From NCBI RefSeq assembly GCF_036321535.1, contig NC_087437.1:36954001-37018000 (forward strand): a stretch of DNA of 64,000 nucleotides, read 5' to 3'. This DNA comes from Camelus dromedarius (taxonomy: Eukaryota). The notes below the pieces were generated by a model. It saw nothing but the letters and a program-made list of their open reading frames with translations. It was not told the DNA's origin and searched no databases. Shown piece by piece: positions 40,001 to 52,920 of the stretch; within the stretch, counting starts at the first letter, position 1; each line of letters begins with the position of its first letter. Position numbers and translations under genes: made by a program.

Positions 40001-41195
40001 TGATATTAAGTTCATTTACTTTAAAAATGATAGTGTATGCAAATCAAGATTAGCAGATCTGAACTTTTTATTTTTCTCTTTCTCTCCTACTCTGGCTTTT
40101 CTCTCCTACTCTACACCTTTTAAGTCTAACCATTCAGAGCAGACAACCAAGCTGTTATTTCACTCATGCTATCATTAATTTTATTCATCACGTTTCTTTT
40201 TACTGAGCATGAAATATGGTAAATTCTAAAGATTCAAAGATAAATAGTATGTATTCTGTCCTAAAATTCTGTGAGATTTTAAAGTTTTCCATTTCAAATC
40301 TGATTTGAGGAGTAAAATATTATAATCAAAAGTAATACTTATACTACAATAAGTTGTTTCTTCCTTTACTATCATAAATGTTTCTATTGCTGGACCTTAC
40401 TAAAGTGAAATGCCACATATTACATATTAATTCATCTTTTTAGGATGAAATAAATAAATACATAGATGAATAAATAAATTGGGGGGAAACCCAAAGCACT
40501 TATATAAAGTTCAGAATATTATAATGACAAAACTTAGCAGAATACCTACCTCTCAGGGATGATAAATTATCATCACGGAATTCTATTTATATAGCTAGCT
40601 CTGAACAAGGAATTTTATATATTATTTATTTATATTATAGTTTTTAAATTATTTAATCACAAGACAATCAAAAGAATGAGTAGCATAATCCTTTTTTACT
40701 GAGGAAACTGTGAGTCAACATATAGACCTTCCAAAATTTAAAAAAAAAAAATCTTCCTTTTTGGAAAATATTCAAAGCTGGATCATTTAATAGAGTGGAT
40801 ATTTCTTCACTACATTCCTGTTCTTCCCCATCAGGAAGGATGGGAAAGCTGTGTGCAGCATAGAAGTGACAATCACAGAACCTTAGACAAGTGACTCAAC
40901 ATTTTGCAGTCTTGGTTTTCAGTTTCACACCTTCATCAAACAATAACCTCCACCTCCTTTCAGAGCCTATATTTTTCCCTCCATACCACATATAAAGTTC
41001 TATTTGCACCACATGTATCCTTGTATTATGTCTCATTAATCTTTAACATAAACTCTGTTTTGATTAATAAAATAGGTCACTGCACCCCCCATCTGATCAT
41101 ACTCATTAATGTCTAAGATTCTTCTTTGACAGTGTCTTTTGCTTGGAATATCCCCCATTCACCCCACTTATTTGTCCAATTGTGGCCACCTTTAG

Positions 41196-41302
41196 ATTTT
41201 TTCCTTTTCCTTTTTTTTTTTTTTGAGTAAAAGTAGATTTATTTAGAAAGATACATACTACAGAGTGTAGGCTGTTTTAGAAGGCAAGAGAAAGGCCATG
41301 GG
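41196..41302 (-). mobile_element. Polyadenylated ERV1-type LTR R-region fragment (probable L1-mediated retrocopy)
   Basis: T tract then GAGTAAAAGTAGATTTATTTAGAAAGATACATACTACAGAGTGTAGGCTGTTTTAGAAGGCAAGAG; minus-strand AATAAA at 41238-41243. Confidence 0.6.
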
Positions 41303-42514
41303 ACATTTTAAAAGTCAATACCCAATCTAAATTCCGTACACACTTCCTTGACTAATGTCATCCTTGTATTTCATACTTTGGGAGTAGCAAGTCAGGGGGT
41401 AAAAAAAGAGGTGAAGCCAGAAGGAGGTGTCCCAAGACAATGGCTGTGAGGGTCTTCAGCATCAGCAGAATTATGTATTCCTAAAATAAACTAATGTGTA
41501 AAAGAAAAAATAAGTGTAAGCATTTTTCACACAAAAAGATGCGTATATTAGTTTGAAATTACTGATTTAATATTTGCTTCCCTGAAAATCTAACTTAAAA
41601 CTGTAATATAGTTTCCAAATTGATACTTAATTCTTTATGGTTCTCAAGATTGAATGATTAAGGACTTAGGACCCACATCCAAGAACCTTAAAAAAACCTT
41701 GTTTACTTTTGAATTTACAGAACAATGCTACAACCAGAAATCAGCATGTTGCAGATGGTATGCATTCCTGTCTTAGAGCTAAAATCTAACTTAGCAGAGT
41801 GGTGCCTTAAATTAAGAATCACTATAAAGTAAACAATATTAATACAGGAAATGATGAACATTGGTAGAAGTGGTCAACTGGTCATGTCCTTCTTATATCT
41901 TTTTTCATCTTATTTGTCAAATTGTGCTTAGAAAGTAGTAGAAACAGCTCAACTTACAAGGGGTGAAAAAGTTGCCAGACTGCAATGATGTGAAATAACT
42001 ACCGGGACTAGGGAAGAAGAAAGAAGTAGCTGAGATTAGTTGTTTGCAGCTGAAAAATACATTTAGAAAATACTCAAATGCAGACTAAGAACACTGGATT
42101 ATTACTACCCAGTTTTCATTACATAAAATGTGTAAGTAAACTAAATATAAACTTAGTGATTCACTAAAATCTTTACTGTTCAAGGGTTCTAAATTAATAT
42201 TTGAATCTATGTCTGTGTTCCATCTGGGCTGTGAGATATTCTAGGGGGTCAGTGATGGGACAATAGGAAGAGAGTGGTAGCCAAATGGTTTAAACTCTGC
42301 TCTGCTTCTCTTTAATTCAAAGGCTTTCACAACCACAAATAGATCTGAAGATCACTGATGAATGCTGTAGCTACAGTAAAAAGAAATTCCTAGTTTACTG
42401 TTAAATGCCTTTATTAGCAAAGCACTGAAAAGGTTTATGTGACATTGTTATTATGGTATTATGATCCTATTTATTTAGGGATGATATGTTGAAAGTTTAT
42501 TATACCTATGTGAG

Positions 42515-42847
42515 ATAATGTATTTCCTGGGTAATAGACTCTTTTGTTCTAAGGAGGTAACTTGATGGGCTTCTACACGGGGCTCAGAAAGACCAAGCCA
42601 TGATTAGAAGCTTGGGTTTTTTAGCCCCACCCCCATTCTCCAGAGAGGGGAGAGGGGCTAGAATGGGAGTTAATGATCAATCATGCCTGTATGATAAAGC
42701 CTCCATAAAAATCACCAAAGTACGGGGTTCAGAGAGTGTCCAGGTTATTGAACAGGTGGAGGTGCTGGGATGGCAGTGTGCTCAGGGAGTATACGGGAGC
42801 CTTTCTGACATACCTAATCCTACACATCTCTTCCATCTGGATGTTCA
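42515..42847 (+). mobile_element. MER21-like LTR fragment
   Basis: CAGAAAGACCAAGCCATGATTAGAAGCTTGG...GGAGAGGGGCTAGA...TCAATCATGCCT...GCCTCCATAAAAA...CATCTCTTCCATCTGGATGTTC. Confidence 0.8.
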
Positions 42848-43644
42848 AAGGAGGAAGAGTGAGATTTTTCCTATACAACCTAATTACTGTTTTCTCTAGC
42901 CTATTTCCTCTATAGAGATAAATGACTAGAGATAAACAAAGAACCAAACAACTACTCTGTTCTTAAGCAGCTCACCATCTAGAGAAGTGGTTTTGAATGC
43001 AGGTAAGAATCTCCTTGAGTAACTATTTACAATTGAATTACTACCCACCACCACCTTTTGGTTAGGCAGTTCTGGAGTGGGACTCCTGTATCTGTGCTTC
43101 ATTTGATTCAGAAGCTAGTGGTACAGTGTCACATTTTCTAGCAAATGTAAAAGAATAGATAAATGCATGTATTTAAATGTGATAAATGTTATCTATACAA
43201 AGAGAGTAGAAGAAAGAGTAATTTTTGAGATAAGAAACAGAGAAAACTTTCAAGAAAAAGTGACTTTTCAACTCCATCTTTAATAAGGTAAAATTTTGAC
43301 TACAGGAAAAGAGGGAGAGTCCATTCCATGAAGGCACAAAGAAAGAAAAGCAGGAATGAGAGGATATTGTTGGTTTGGGGAATATTAAGGCGACCTATAA
43401 AAAGAGAAAACAGGGTATGGATTATTTGTTAAAAAAAAAAGAAAGAATGAAAAATTATGTAAGAAAATTAAGAGATGCTAGTAAATAAAGACACTGCATG
43501 TCCTGCTAAAATAGCTTTATATTATACCAGTGGCAAAACTGGATTTAGAACAGTAGACACATCTAATTTGGAGTTTTCAAAAAAGATAAATCTGGCAGAA
43601 ATATAAAAAAATGGACGAGGGAAGAGATTTTTAGATTGAGAGTC

Positions 43645-44058
43645 TTTTTTTGTGCTGTTTTGTTTTTTATTGGAGAACAGTCAATTACAATGTGTCAGTC
43701 TCCAGTGTACAGCACGATGTCCCAGACATGCATATACATACATATATTTGTTTTCATATTTTTTCCATTAAAGGTTATTACAAGATACTGAACATAGATC
43801 CCTGTGCTATATAAAAGAAACTTTAAAAAATATATAACTTTATACATAGTGGCTAACGTTTGTAAATTTCAAACTCCCAAATTTATCTCTTCCCACCCCC
43901 TTTCCTCGGTAACTATAAGATTGTTTACTAAGTCTGCAAGTCTGTTTCTGTTTTGTAGATGAGTTCATAGTGTCCTTTTTGGTTTTTTTAAGATTCCATA
44001 AATGAGTGATATCATATGGTATTTTTCTTTCTCTTTCTGGCTTACTTCACTTAGAATT
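43645..44058 (-). mobile_element. Young L1 3' UTR fragment
   Basis: T-rich tail, GGTTATTACAAGATACTGAACATAGATCCCTGTGCTATA...AGATTCCATAAATGAGTGATATCATATGGTATTTTTCTTTCTCTTTCTGGCTTACTTCACTTAGAAT. Confidence 0.93.
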
Positions 44059-44059
44059 A

Positions 44060-44139
44060 TCGTGTATTTCACATGGCAAAGGGGATTTTGAGGAGTAGGG
44101 TGCGGGCATTTTTCTGAGACAGTTGTTTTGTGTTCCACA
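44060..44139 (-). mobile_element. Remnant of the MaLR 3' LTR
   Basis: GGGTGCGGGCATTTTTCTGAGACAGTTGTTTTGTGTTCCACA resembles the antisense LTR terminus; 44062-44090 (CACATGGCAAAGGGGATT) is LTR sequence in the opposite orientation. Confidence 0.55.
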
Positions 44140-45562
44140 GTATGCCTTCTAGCCTCCAAAGATTCACGTTTTTCCCACCTGCAAAATATATGTAACCCAT
44201 TCCAACACCCCCATAGTTCTACTATTACAGCTTCAACTCAAAGTCCAAGATATCATCTAAATTTATCAGCTTGAAAATCCCAAACCTTGTCATGTAAATA
44301 AATCAGTTCTAGGTAAGACTATGGGTATGCTCTATTTGGGGGAAAATTTTCTGTCTACAAATGGTGAAATTCAAAAACAAGCTACCTACTTCTAAAATAA
44401 ACTGTTGGACTAAAAATAGAAATCAATTATAAACATTTCCATTCAAAAAAATGAGAAAATAGAAGGCAAAAGGAGTCAACTGCCCCAAGAGATTTAAAAA
44501 TCCAGCTAAGAAACTCCATTTAAAGCCAGAGAATGATGCTTGGCATCTTGTGGCTCCACTTCCTGGGCTAAGGGCTCCATCCTCTAAGTCATCTTAACCT
44601 TTTTCATGACGGGTAGCATGTGTTAACAACTGAGTAGTTTTATCGGCATGTTCTTGACTATAGACTCTTGAGTGTCTGATAGCCTTCTTTTGTTATGTCC
44701 TATCTCTCTCCTTTTCAGTTAAAAGTGCATTCTCAGGAACCTCATAGATCTTTGATGTTGTCACAGGAATTCATTCCAATAGACACTGATGCTCGTAGAT
44801 AATCCCATCTATATTTTGGCTTCTGTTGAGACAGTTGAGAGGATCTCTGAGTCATATGCTTTAGCTTTTCAGAGAGCTTTTTCTGTGACTGAATATTCTG
44901 ATCTTTTGTCTTTCTAAGGTATTAGATTTTCCAGCCACATCCATGGACTTCTCCAAAATGTATGCTCTCCAGACAGTGAATATCTTAATTTCAATATCTT
45001 TTTAAGTCTAGGTAAGATGAGAATTTTCCAAATCACCAAGTTCTATTTTCTCTTTAATTGTTCTTTCCTCAATTTATCTCTTTCCCTTGGAATTTTACTA
45101 TAAGCAGAAAGAAGAAACTAGGTCGTACCTTCAGCATTGTGCTTGGAAGACTTCTCAACTAAATGTCCAGTTTTATCACCCATAAGTTATTCTTTCTGCA
45201 TAACTGCAGGGCATAATTCTGCAATGTATTCTATCCCAATTTCCAGTTCCATGTTCCTCAGTTCCTTCTGATCTCTTACCCACAGCATCTCTCATGTCCA
45301 TATTTATACCAACAGTCTGTTCATGATGATCTAAGTATTTTCTTTGGCAGTGTGTGTTTTCTTTACTGTATTCCTCACTTCCTTTTGCATTCTCACTAGC
45401 AAAGTCTTGATATCTGTATCTCTACCATCTATTTAAGGACACACTAGGCCTTTTCTTTCATGCTCTTTGAAATTGCTCTGGCATCTGCCCATCGCCTATT
45501 CCAAAGCTTTTTGCACATTTTCTTTCTCTGTTATAGCGGCATCCCAAGTCCGGTAACAAAAT
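44140..45562 (-). mobile_element. MLT1 MaLR internal sequence
   Basis: CCAAAGATTCACGTTTTTCCCACCTGCAAAATA...CTTCAACTCAAAGTCCAAGATATCATC; ends GTTATAGCGGCATCCCAAGTCCGGTAACAAAATA, antisense of the MaLR-int start. Confidence 0.85.
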
Positions 45563-46005
45563 ATGCCTCATTTTTCTTAGCTTCATTGGAAAAATAACAA
45601 CAAAGTTTGTTATCTTACATTCCTGGAGGTCAGGAATCTGAAATGAGTCTTACAGGGCAAAAATTAAGGAATCGGCAGGGCTTTGTTCTTTCTGGAGACT
45701 CTAAGGGAGAATCCATTCTTTGCCTTTTACAGTTCTAGAGGCCCTCTGCATTCCTTGGCCCATGGCCCCCTTCCATTCAGAGCCAGCAGCAATGGTTGGC
45801 CAAGTCTGGCTCTGACTCTTCTTCTGCCTCCAGATCCCACTTGTAAGGACTCTTCTGATTATATAAGGCCTACCCAGATAATCCAGGATAATCTCACTAT
45901 TTTACTGTAGCCTGACTGGCAATCTAAATTCTATCTACAGCTTTAATTCATCTTTGCTGTGTGACATATTCATAGATTTCAAGAATTAGGAAGTAGACAT
46001 CTTCC
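45563..46005 (-). mobile_element. MLT1D/E-like MaLR 5' LTR
   Basis: TCCTGGAGGTCAGGAATCTGAAATGAGTCTTACAGGGC...GGAGACTCTAAGGGAGAATCC...CCCAGATAATCCAGGATAATCTC. Confidence 0.9.
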
Positions 46006-48634
46006 TGAAATGATATTAAGTCATATCTGAGAGAAGTTTAGCTCATCTACCAGGAAAAGTTCTCCAACCCTAATTTACCACAATTCCCAAGAGTGACGTT
46101 GTGACCAGACCGTATTTCTTATCTTGAATATATTTTCTTGTCCTTTCCTCTTTTATCTTCAGAGTCAAGCACAGTGAGTGGCAAACAGTAAGCACTTAAT
46201 AAATGTTTCCTTCATAGAATAATTAATTCCTAAATGAGAGAGGGAAGCTGATTAATTTGATCCCACATCGAACTTTTGCTTATATACAGTCTCCTAAAGA
46301 ACATGCAAAATATACTTGCTGAACCATGCTGCCAATTTTGAAGCAGAGAATTTTATCTTTCTTTTTTCTTCAGGCAGTTTTATTGAACAAAATTTCTAAT
46401 AAATATTAAATACAGACTGTATATTAGGTCTTTAGGAAAATGGCCTTAAAAGTTATTAATGGAACTGGGTAAAATGAATAATTGGACAATTAAATTATAG
46501 AATTTAAGCCCCCAAACAAACTTAGATGTTATTTGCTTCCTTAAACCAAGATTACAGATTGGTGACATGAGGTCCAGAGAAGCCTCTGTTAAATTCTTAT
46601 TAGCGTAGGGAAAGAACTGGAATTCTTATCTTCTCACAACCTTTTTTACTTTCTTTCTACTTTTTACTTACCATTTACAACTAATAAAAATTTTAAAGAA
46701 ATTAAACTAAGATTGAAATAAATGTCTCATAACTTAAATTTAGGTCAGTATTTTTGTAGCTATTTAATACTGTCTAATTGAGATTAGGTCACTGTTCGTG
46801 CTCTTTTATTTAAGCAGTAACTGAAGCAGTTATTTCATTTCTTAAATCTCTTGGTATGTTAGAAATTACTTTCTAAATCTAAGACTACTATATCAAATCT
46901 GCTATGAGCCAACTCTCTTGAGTAAAAACTTAAACATTCTATGTATTAAATCAATAAGTATAATTGAAGTTTATCATTTGCTCTGTTCTAACATTCTCAA
47001 AGGTCTTAGTGTTAAAGTAAATGAATATATATCCCAATTTCTTTGCATGAAATAATTTTTATATCAGCAGAAACTATTGTTTTGCAAAAATTCTGTCTTC
47101 AGATTAATTTATATTATTAAACCAACAAATAAATTATTTCAAGGTATCCATGCAAACTCATATTTTATTATTTTGCAATCCCTATTCACATATTTGCCTA
47201 ATTTATAATTGACTATGAGTTTATCAAATATAATTAAACCTTATAGTATGCAAGTGATAAAAGATATATAGACCTTTATTTTATTAGTTTTTAAAATAAT
47301 GTCAGGAATCCAGTTCTGGCAGAACAAAAATAGCTATTTTGCACTGCACATAAATTGCTGTAGTCCCTGTGTAATAGGATCATAGTACGTATTTTCACAT
47401 TCTATATAATACTTCTGGAGAGTTTAAAACAGTTAATTAAATTGGACATATAAATATAACATTATTACAATACAAATAAAAAAGAAACATTACCTATAAA
47501 CTAGTGTATTTTCCTTTGTTTAAAATGTTAGATATAATTTAGAGTGGACTGAAAAACAGACTAAGATCACATGTTGATGAGGTTAAATAAACATTGTTTT
47601 AGATGTATTCTTTTCTGTATGGGAACTTGGCTCATATCATGACCTAACACAAAAAGAAGTAATAAATCCATGTAGACTGGTACATGAAATTCTTAAGTAC
47701 AAAATAATACAATCAGTATTTGTGACACAAAGAAATAGAAAGCATATTGTTTAGAATTCATACCTTCATTTGATCCCAAAGTTTGGCGTTATCCCCATCT
47801 TTGTCACTTTTAAAAAACAATCATATATGTTGTTAAGCAGTGGCTAAAATACCTTCTCAGTCTTTATAAATGATTTAGCTGTTTGTTTCCTTCTTCATTA
47901 TGTTGTCTTATAAGGCAGTTTACAAACTTGGTAAGAAACTGTGCATCTTAGTGTGAAATTACTTTAGAAACTATTCCTAGAATCCTATCAAAATGATAGA
48001 TTCTGCTGGGAAATTCATGAATTCAGAAATCCCTTTCATGCAGTTTTATTATTATTAGTTGCATGTCATTGCCACTATAATATTTTAAACAATTTTAGGA
48101 GAATACTTTGACAATTTAGGGGTTATGATTTTTCTTCTATAATAAAAGAACATTTAATTTTAAATAAGATACATTTGGATGGTTTCTTATTTGATGTATT
48201 TTACTTTAAATTAAATTTCTTACATCGAGTGCAGAGAGCTGAATCTTGACAAAAATAACTCTTCTGCTAGAGGGGAAAATTGTAACATTCTTAAATAAGT
48301 ATGTGATATTTATGTTAAATATTTGAAAAATAATCATCTATAGGAGAATTGATATGATGTTGAAGGATTTGAATTATGCATGCATTGGTTTCTTTCTGGT
48401 GGTGATAAGAGCTATTTCTAACTCAGCAGTTAAGGATTTAAATGTAAATTCCCTAGAAGTCAGCCCAAGAGATCATTATTATGACTATTACTCAGTTAAT
48501 AATTAATTATTTTCATGCAAACTTGTATGCAAATAAAAGTGCTACCCTATGGTTCTCTTTACTAATCTCAGCAATTTTTGACTGTCTTAGCCCAAATTTT
48601 ATTTTTTCCTGAATTATAATTTAAGGATTGGCGG

Positions 48635-48890
48635 TATGCAGTGTGTTTACCAGAAAAGCAGTCACAATGACAAGGGGAGAGGCCTTGGATCTGACAGACC
48701 ACTTTGTTCCACACTCTTCTCCTTTCATTCACTTTTTAAAGGGATTTTTAGTTCAGGCAAACGGCTTAATTACTCTAAACCTTGGTTTCTATGTCTGTTA
48801 ATATGGACAACTCTGTTGAATTTCTTGAAGGGTACAGTGCCTGAGACAGAATAGGTACTTAGTAAGTAGTATATAGTACTTATTATTATT
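48635..48890 (+). mobile_element. MIR SINE
   Basis: GGCAAACGGCTTAATTACTCTAAACCTTGGTTTCTATGTCTGTTAATATGG...ACAGTGCCTGAGACAGAATAGGTACTTAGTAA. Confidence 0.75.
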
Positions 48891-48984
48891 GTTGTTAATG
48901 ATAGTAAAAAGCTGCAGAGAACATGTATTTATTTTGGTTAAAATTTATCGATGCTGGTGCACTTACACAGAGTCCTGAATTCAT

Positions 48985-49384
48985 TGTATTAATGCCATGA
49001 AGAGGCTGGCTGTTTTTGATACTGGACTGCAGACAGCTTTCAAACACCACTCTTCCCAGTTTCACTTTTGCCTTACATCTGGAAAGCCTGATAAGAAAGC
49101 CCAGGTGTTCCCTCCTTTGGTACTGACAGGATATCCAAAACACCCAAGGCCTAGTCATGTTAGAGTACTCTCTTGACAACCTCATCCCCCAACCACCATA
49201 AAATCCCAAACCAGTCACCACCCTCTTCTCTCTCAAGCCATTGTTGCACCAGCCTGTCTGTTGTCCCAAAGCCTTGTTATGTGAGTAGTCTCCCAGTGCT
49301 TGTGTGTCATCTTCAGTGTTGACATTCAAACCAGATTTTAGGTGTGTGTGGGGATCCAGCTTGTTTCTGAGGGGCCGTAAAACA
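48985..49384 (+). mobile_element. ERV1-class solo LTR (MER110/MER90-like)
   Basis: TG...CA ends; ACATCTGGAAAGCCTGATAAGAAAGCCCAGGTGTTCCCTCCTTTGG; TATA-like CATAAAA. Confidence 0.7.
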
Positions 49385-49589
49385 ACTAACTTAGGCAGTT
49401 TGAAGTCTTTCTAATTTTTTGCTAGGTTGTTTGCATAAATCATGGACTCAATAGTGGTTTATGATAGATACATTTTAGATACTATTTATTATTTATTTTC
49501 ATTGATTTCTTTGTATATTCCAAGCTCTCTTTTGAGTGTTATACATAGATTAATTCATTTATTTATTACAATACGTTATGTCAGGTAAA

Positions 49590-49700
49590 TAGATTATCCT
49601 TTATCGCACAGGTGGGGAAAAGGACGGCAGGGAAATGGACTGAGGAAGCAGCAGAACTGGGACTTACACCTAGGCTGCAGGGTCCCTACTCTTATGCATG
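49590..49700 (-). mobile_element. MIR fragment
   Basis: ATTATCCTTTATCGCACAGGTGGGGAAA...GCAGAACTGGGACTTACACCTAGG. Confidence 0.55.
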
Positions 49701-49769
49701 AACCCATGCTGTTCTCTGTGATGCCAGAAATGTACTGAAATAATGAGGTAGACAGAAATGTTGGTGTGT

Positions 49770-50410
49770 ATATTTCATGTGGGATCCAAACACCCACTCC
49801 TTAATTACTTCCAGGAACCAGGACATGTAAGGATGTCCTGAAAATACTCCATTCACCAAGGCATTAAGAAATATTTTGATTAATAAAGTGCTGGTATTTT
49901 TAAACAGTGCTTTTTTGGGCTTGTTTTCTACAGACAGAGTGTATTAGAATATGTTTCAATCCAAAACTCCCTGATTTCAGTGAACGTGGCAGAATCCCAG
50001 GGCCCCAGAGGCTCTTAGTACCTAGACAACTAACAAAGCAAATAACTGAGATTCTCTTGCAAGTTCCGTATATGCCAGAGGGTGGGAGCTTTGTTCCAAC
50101 ATAGCTGAGAGAGCCACCAGTTTAGAGACGTCACTGGGGCCTCAGTGTCCTTTGGAATGTTAGGAAATCCCCTCTAGGGGCCACAATAGCAAAAATTCCC
50201 CAGCAGGTGGTTTGCATTCTCTGTGCCTATTTTGTCTGTATTGTCACCTCCTTGTAAGACATTTCCTATGATCAGTTGTCCCAGGGGAAAAAAGTAAACC
50301 TTAAGAAGAGATGGCTCTGCAAGATATGTTGGCACCAACAGAAACTGAGCTCCATTCATTCACCCTTAAGTGGATTTTCCCTGAAGCATCAGAGAAATGG
50401 GAAGCCTTGT
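49770..50410. mobile_element. Degenerate ERVL-type internal fragments
   Basis: CCATTCACCAAGGCATTAAGAAATA (gag-like) and GATGGCTCTGCAAGATATGTTGGCACCAAC (RNase H DGSARY-like). Confidence 0.55.
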
Positions 50411-50479
50411 CAGTAGCTGGATTGTGAGGAGCACTTTTCTTTGTCTAGGAGAATAGCTCTTGTAACAGTTGGGTGCTTC

Positions 50480-50838
50480 TAAACATTCTCTCTCTTGCCC
50501 TGCATTTTCTCACCCTCTTGTAGTTAGGTACTTAGGATGATGTGATAATGATGACATCTGGCCAAAGGGCAGTGAGAGAAAGAAACGACTGTCAGCACCG
50601 CCCTTCAGCTCCAGCTTCCCCCGTCTAGCAGCTGAGCCAGACCCGCATTCCAGCGGCGCAGCTACAAGCCGGTGATGCTCTGTCATGGTTGGTTCTAAGT
50701 GATTTTAACTGCAGAGCCCCTTCTGCTCTCTCTACCTTGTCAAACTGTGTACCTGTAATAGGAATGAGAGGACACATTTGCTCTGTTAGTGAGACAGTAA
50801 GACTGTTTTGTCCTTGGCATATTCTAGCCTAATACTGA
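50480..50838 (+). mobile_element. Old MLT1 (I/J-like) LTR
   Basis: CTGCATTTTCTCACCCTCTTGTAGTTAGG...TCTGGCCAAAGGG...CTAGCCTAATACTGA. Confidence 0.55.
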
Positions 50839-51349
50839 TGGCCAGTGATAATTCACTGGTGGTATCAATGGTTTAAAAAAGACAGTCAGATCCTCAGAAG
50901 GAGTAAGATTAGAGAATTAGTCACAAATACATTTAAATTTGGGCTTAAAAAATGTGGACTAAATTCACTGCTGAAAAATTAAAGGGAAAACAGGAAATAT
51001 GTACTATTATTGCTTCAAAATTTTCAACTTATAAAAATATTGCTTCCTGTCTCCATGTTTGGGGTCTTTGCTGCTTGAGAAGTTTTACGCTCAAGGGCAA
51101 AAATGGTTTCACCAGCCAACATAAAAGATATTCCTTTGAACTGGAAGTTGAAACTAATATTCGGCCTTTCTGGACATAGTAAACAAAATTTACTAGGAAA
51201 CAATAGAAAAATTTTTGTGGTGGCAAAACTATTGTGAAAGAATCTAATTATAGGACATAATGACAGAGGCATCATTAGTGATATATCTAGTGTACAGTGA
51301 AGCTCTGTTTTTGGTTTGGCCAATTATTAGTAATTATTATTAGTAGTAA

Positions 51350-51568
51350 TTATTAGTGCTGCAAAAGGAGTCTTCACTGGAGCATATTTGGGGGTAATGC
51401 TGGCTGTGGTCATGCGTGCACACAGTCTATGAACCCTTCTTCTCCATGTCTAGTTCTGATTTCATGTGCTACTTACAGATACTGCAGATCATTCAATAAA
51501 TTCCTGTTTTGGATTAAATATTAAATACTGACATTAGGTGATTTAAAATGAGAACTCCTGACTAATAC
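51350..51568 (+). mobile_element. ERVL LTR 3' fragment
   Basis: TTCAATAAATTCCTGTTTTG...GAGAACTCCTGACTAATAC. Confidence 0.5.
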
Positions 51569-52319
51569 GGTTACTCATTATGAATTCAGACTTGTTATCA
51601 AAAGAAATGAATCTAAGAGGAACTTTGATCAACCAGATTCAAATGGAAAGGAAAAAGAAGTCAAGAACGTAATGAGATCAAGAACTGTGGTTACTGCAAG
51701 TAGGAGTATGAAAGAACTGGAAGAACAGGGGACTACAATCAGAAACCCTGATCTTTACATTAATATTTATGATACGGAACACATCGAGGTTATATGAAAT
51801 AGATGTCAGAGGACATAGCTAAAATGGAATGCAAATAAGATATTTGAATTGAATCCATGAAATAGGAGGTTAGGCTCTTTGATTTGTCTTTAATATGGTC
51901 ATCAGAATTGCCCTTCTATTTGCAATTATAGAAAAACTCATCTTTGCTGAATGTGACGTTGTAACTTAGAAATCAGTGAAAATCTATGACAAAGAGAAGT
52001 AGAAGTTATTCAGCAGTATTCTGTAAAAGTCAAAGGTGAGGAGGTGTGCCAATAGGTAGGATAATTCTCATCTAAAAACTGGAAAAAAAATAACAATGTT
52101 TAGAATGTGTCAGTGCCTGGTGGTGTGGGGAGGGTTTGTGGTTAGAAATGCATCCTGCAGAGATGGGGCTATTGAGGGAGTAGTGCTCTTAATATAGAAC
52201 GCAATTTCAGTTAAAATGGAAAGAGAGAAGGTTTTGAAAAGAGGTGAAGGGAATTTTCTGCCAAAAGGGAAAATTTCAACAAAATATTTGGAAAAGTCTG
52301 GGTATCATTTATGATTAAG

Positions 52320-52920
52320 TAATGCGTTTATTCAATAAGTAGTCATGTTTCTCCCAGGGAGCAAGCACCATGAGAAGTGCTGGTAATACAAAGTGAGTAA
52401 ATCCTTGTCTCTACTTTCAAGGGATCTCATAATCTAGAGGAGACAAAGATGTAAAGAACCAGTTCACCTACTGCATGATAAATGCTCCAGGCGTATTTAA
52501 TGAGGGCTGACATATGCTAACTGAATTGAGCTTTTAGTTAAGGAAGATGGGAAATGTTAGAAGGGAGGTTAGAAAATTTTCCCAAGAAGGAAGTGACCTA
52601 AATTTGACCTGGGAGTATAAGAGAGGGGATTTTTCAGAAGAACTGGGAACAAAAATGATGTCAGTTAAAATGAGTTTGCAAACACAAGAACAAGCACTTG
52701 CAGAGGGTATGTCATGTTGAGAAATCCAAGAATAGCTGGTCATGGGTAGAGAGTGTGAGTGCTGTGTTTACAGGTTCAGGACAGGTGAGTAAGAGAATAC
52801 TAGAGAGAGATGGAAGCCAGGTCTCGAAGGGATGTGAAAGGTGCACGTTTATTTTAAATACTATGTAAAGTGAGTGACTACATGTGGATTTCAGAGCCAT
52901 ATGTGAGAGAAGGAAGAGGG
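52320..52920 (-). mobile_element. L2 fragment
   Basis: TTATTCAATAAGTA...GTGCTGGTAATACAAAGTGAGTAAATCCTTGTCTCTACTTTCAAGGGATCTCATAATCTAG. Confidence 0.75.

Noticed and set aside
48895..49329. Longest ORF in the track (144 aa)
   Set aside because: Mostly antisense to an LTR, with no recognisable domain
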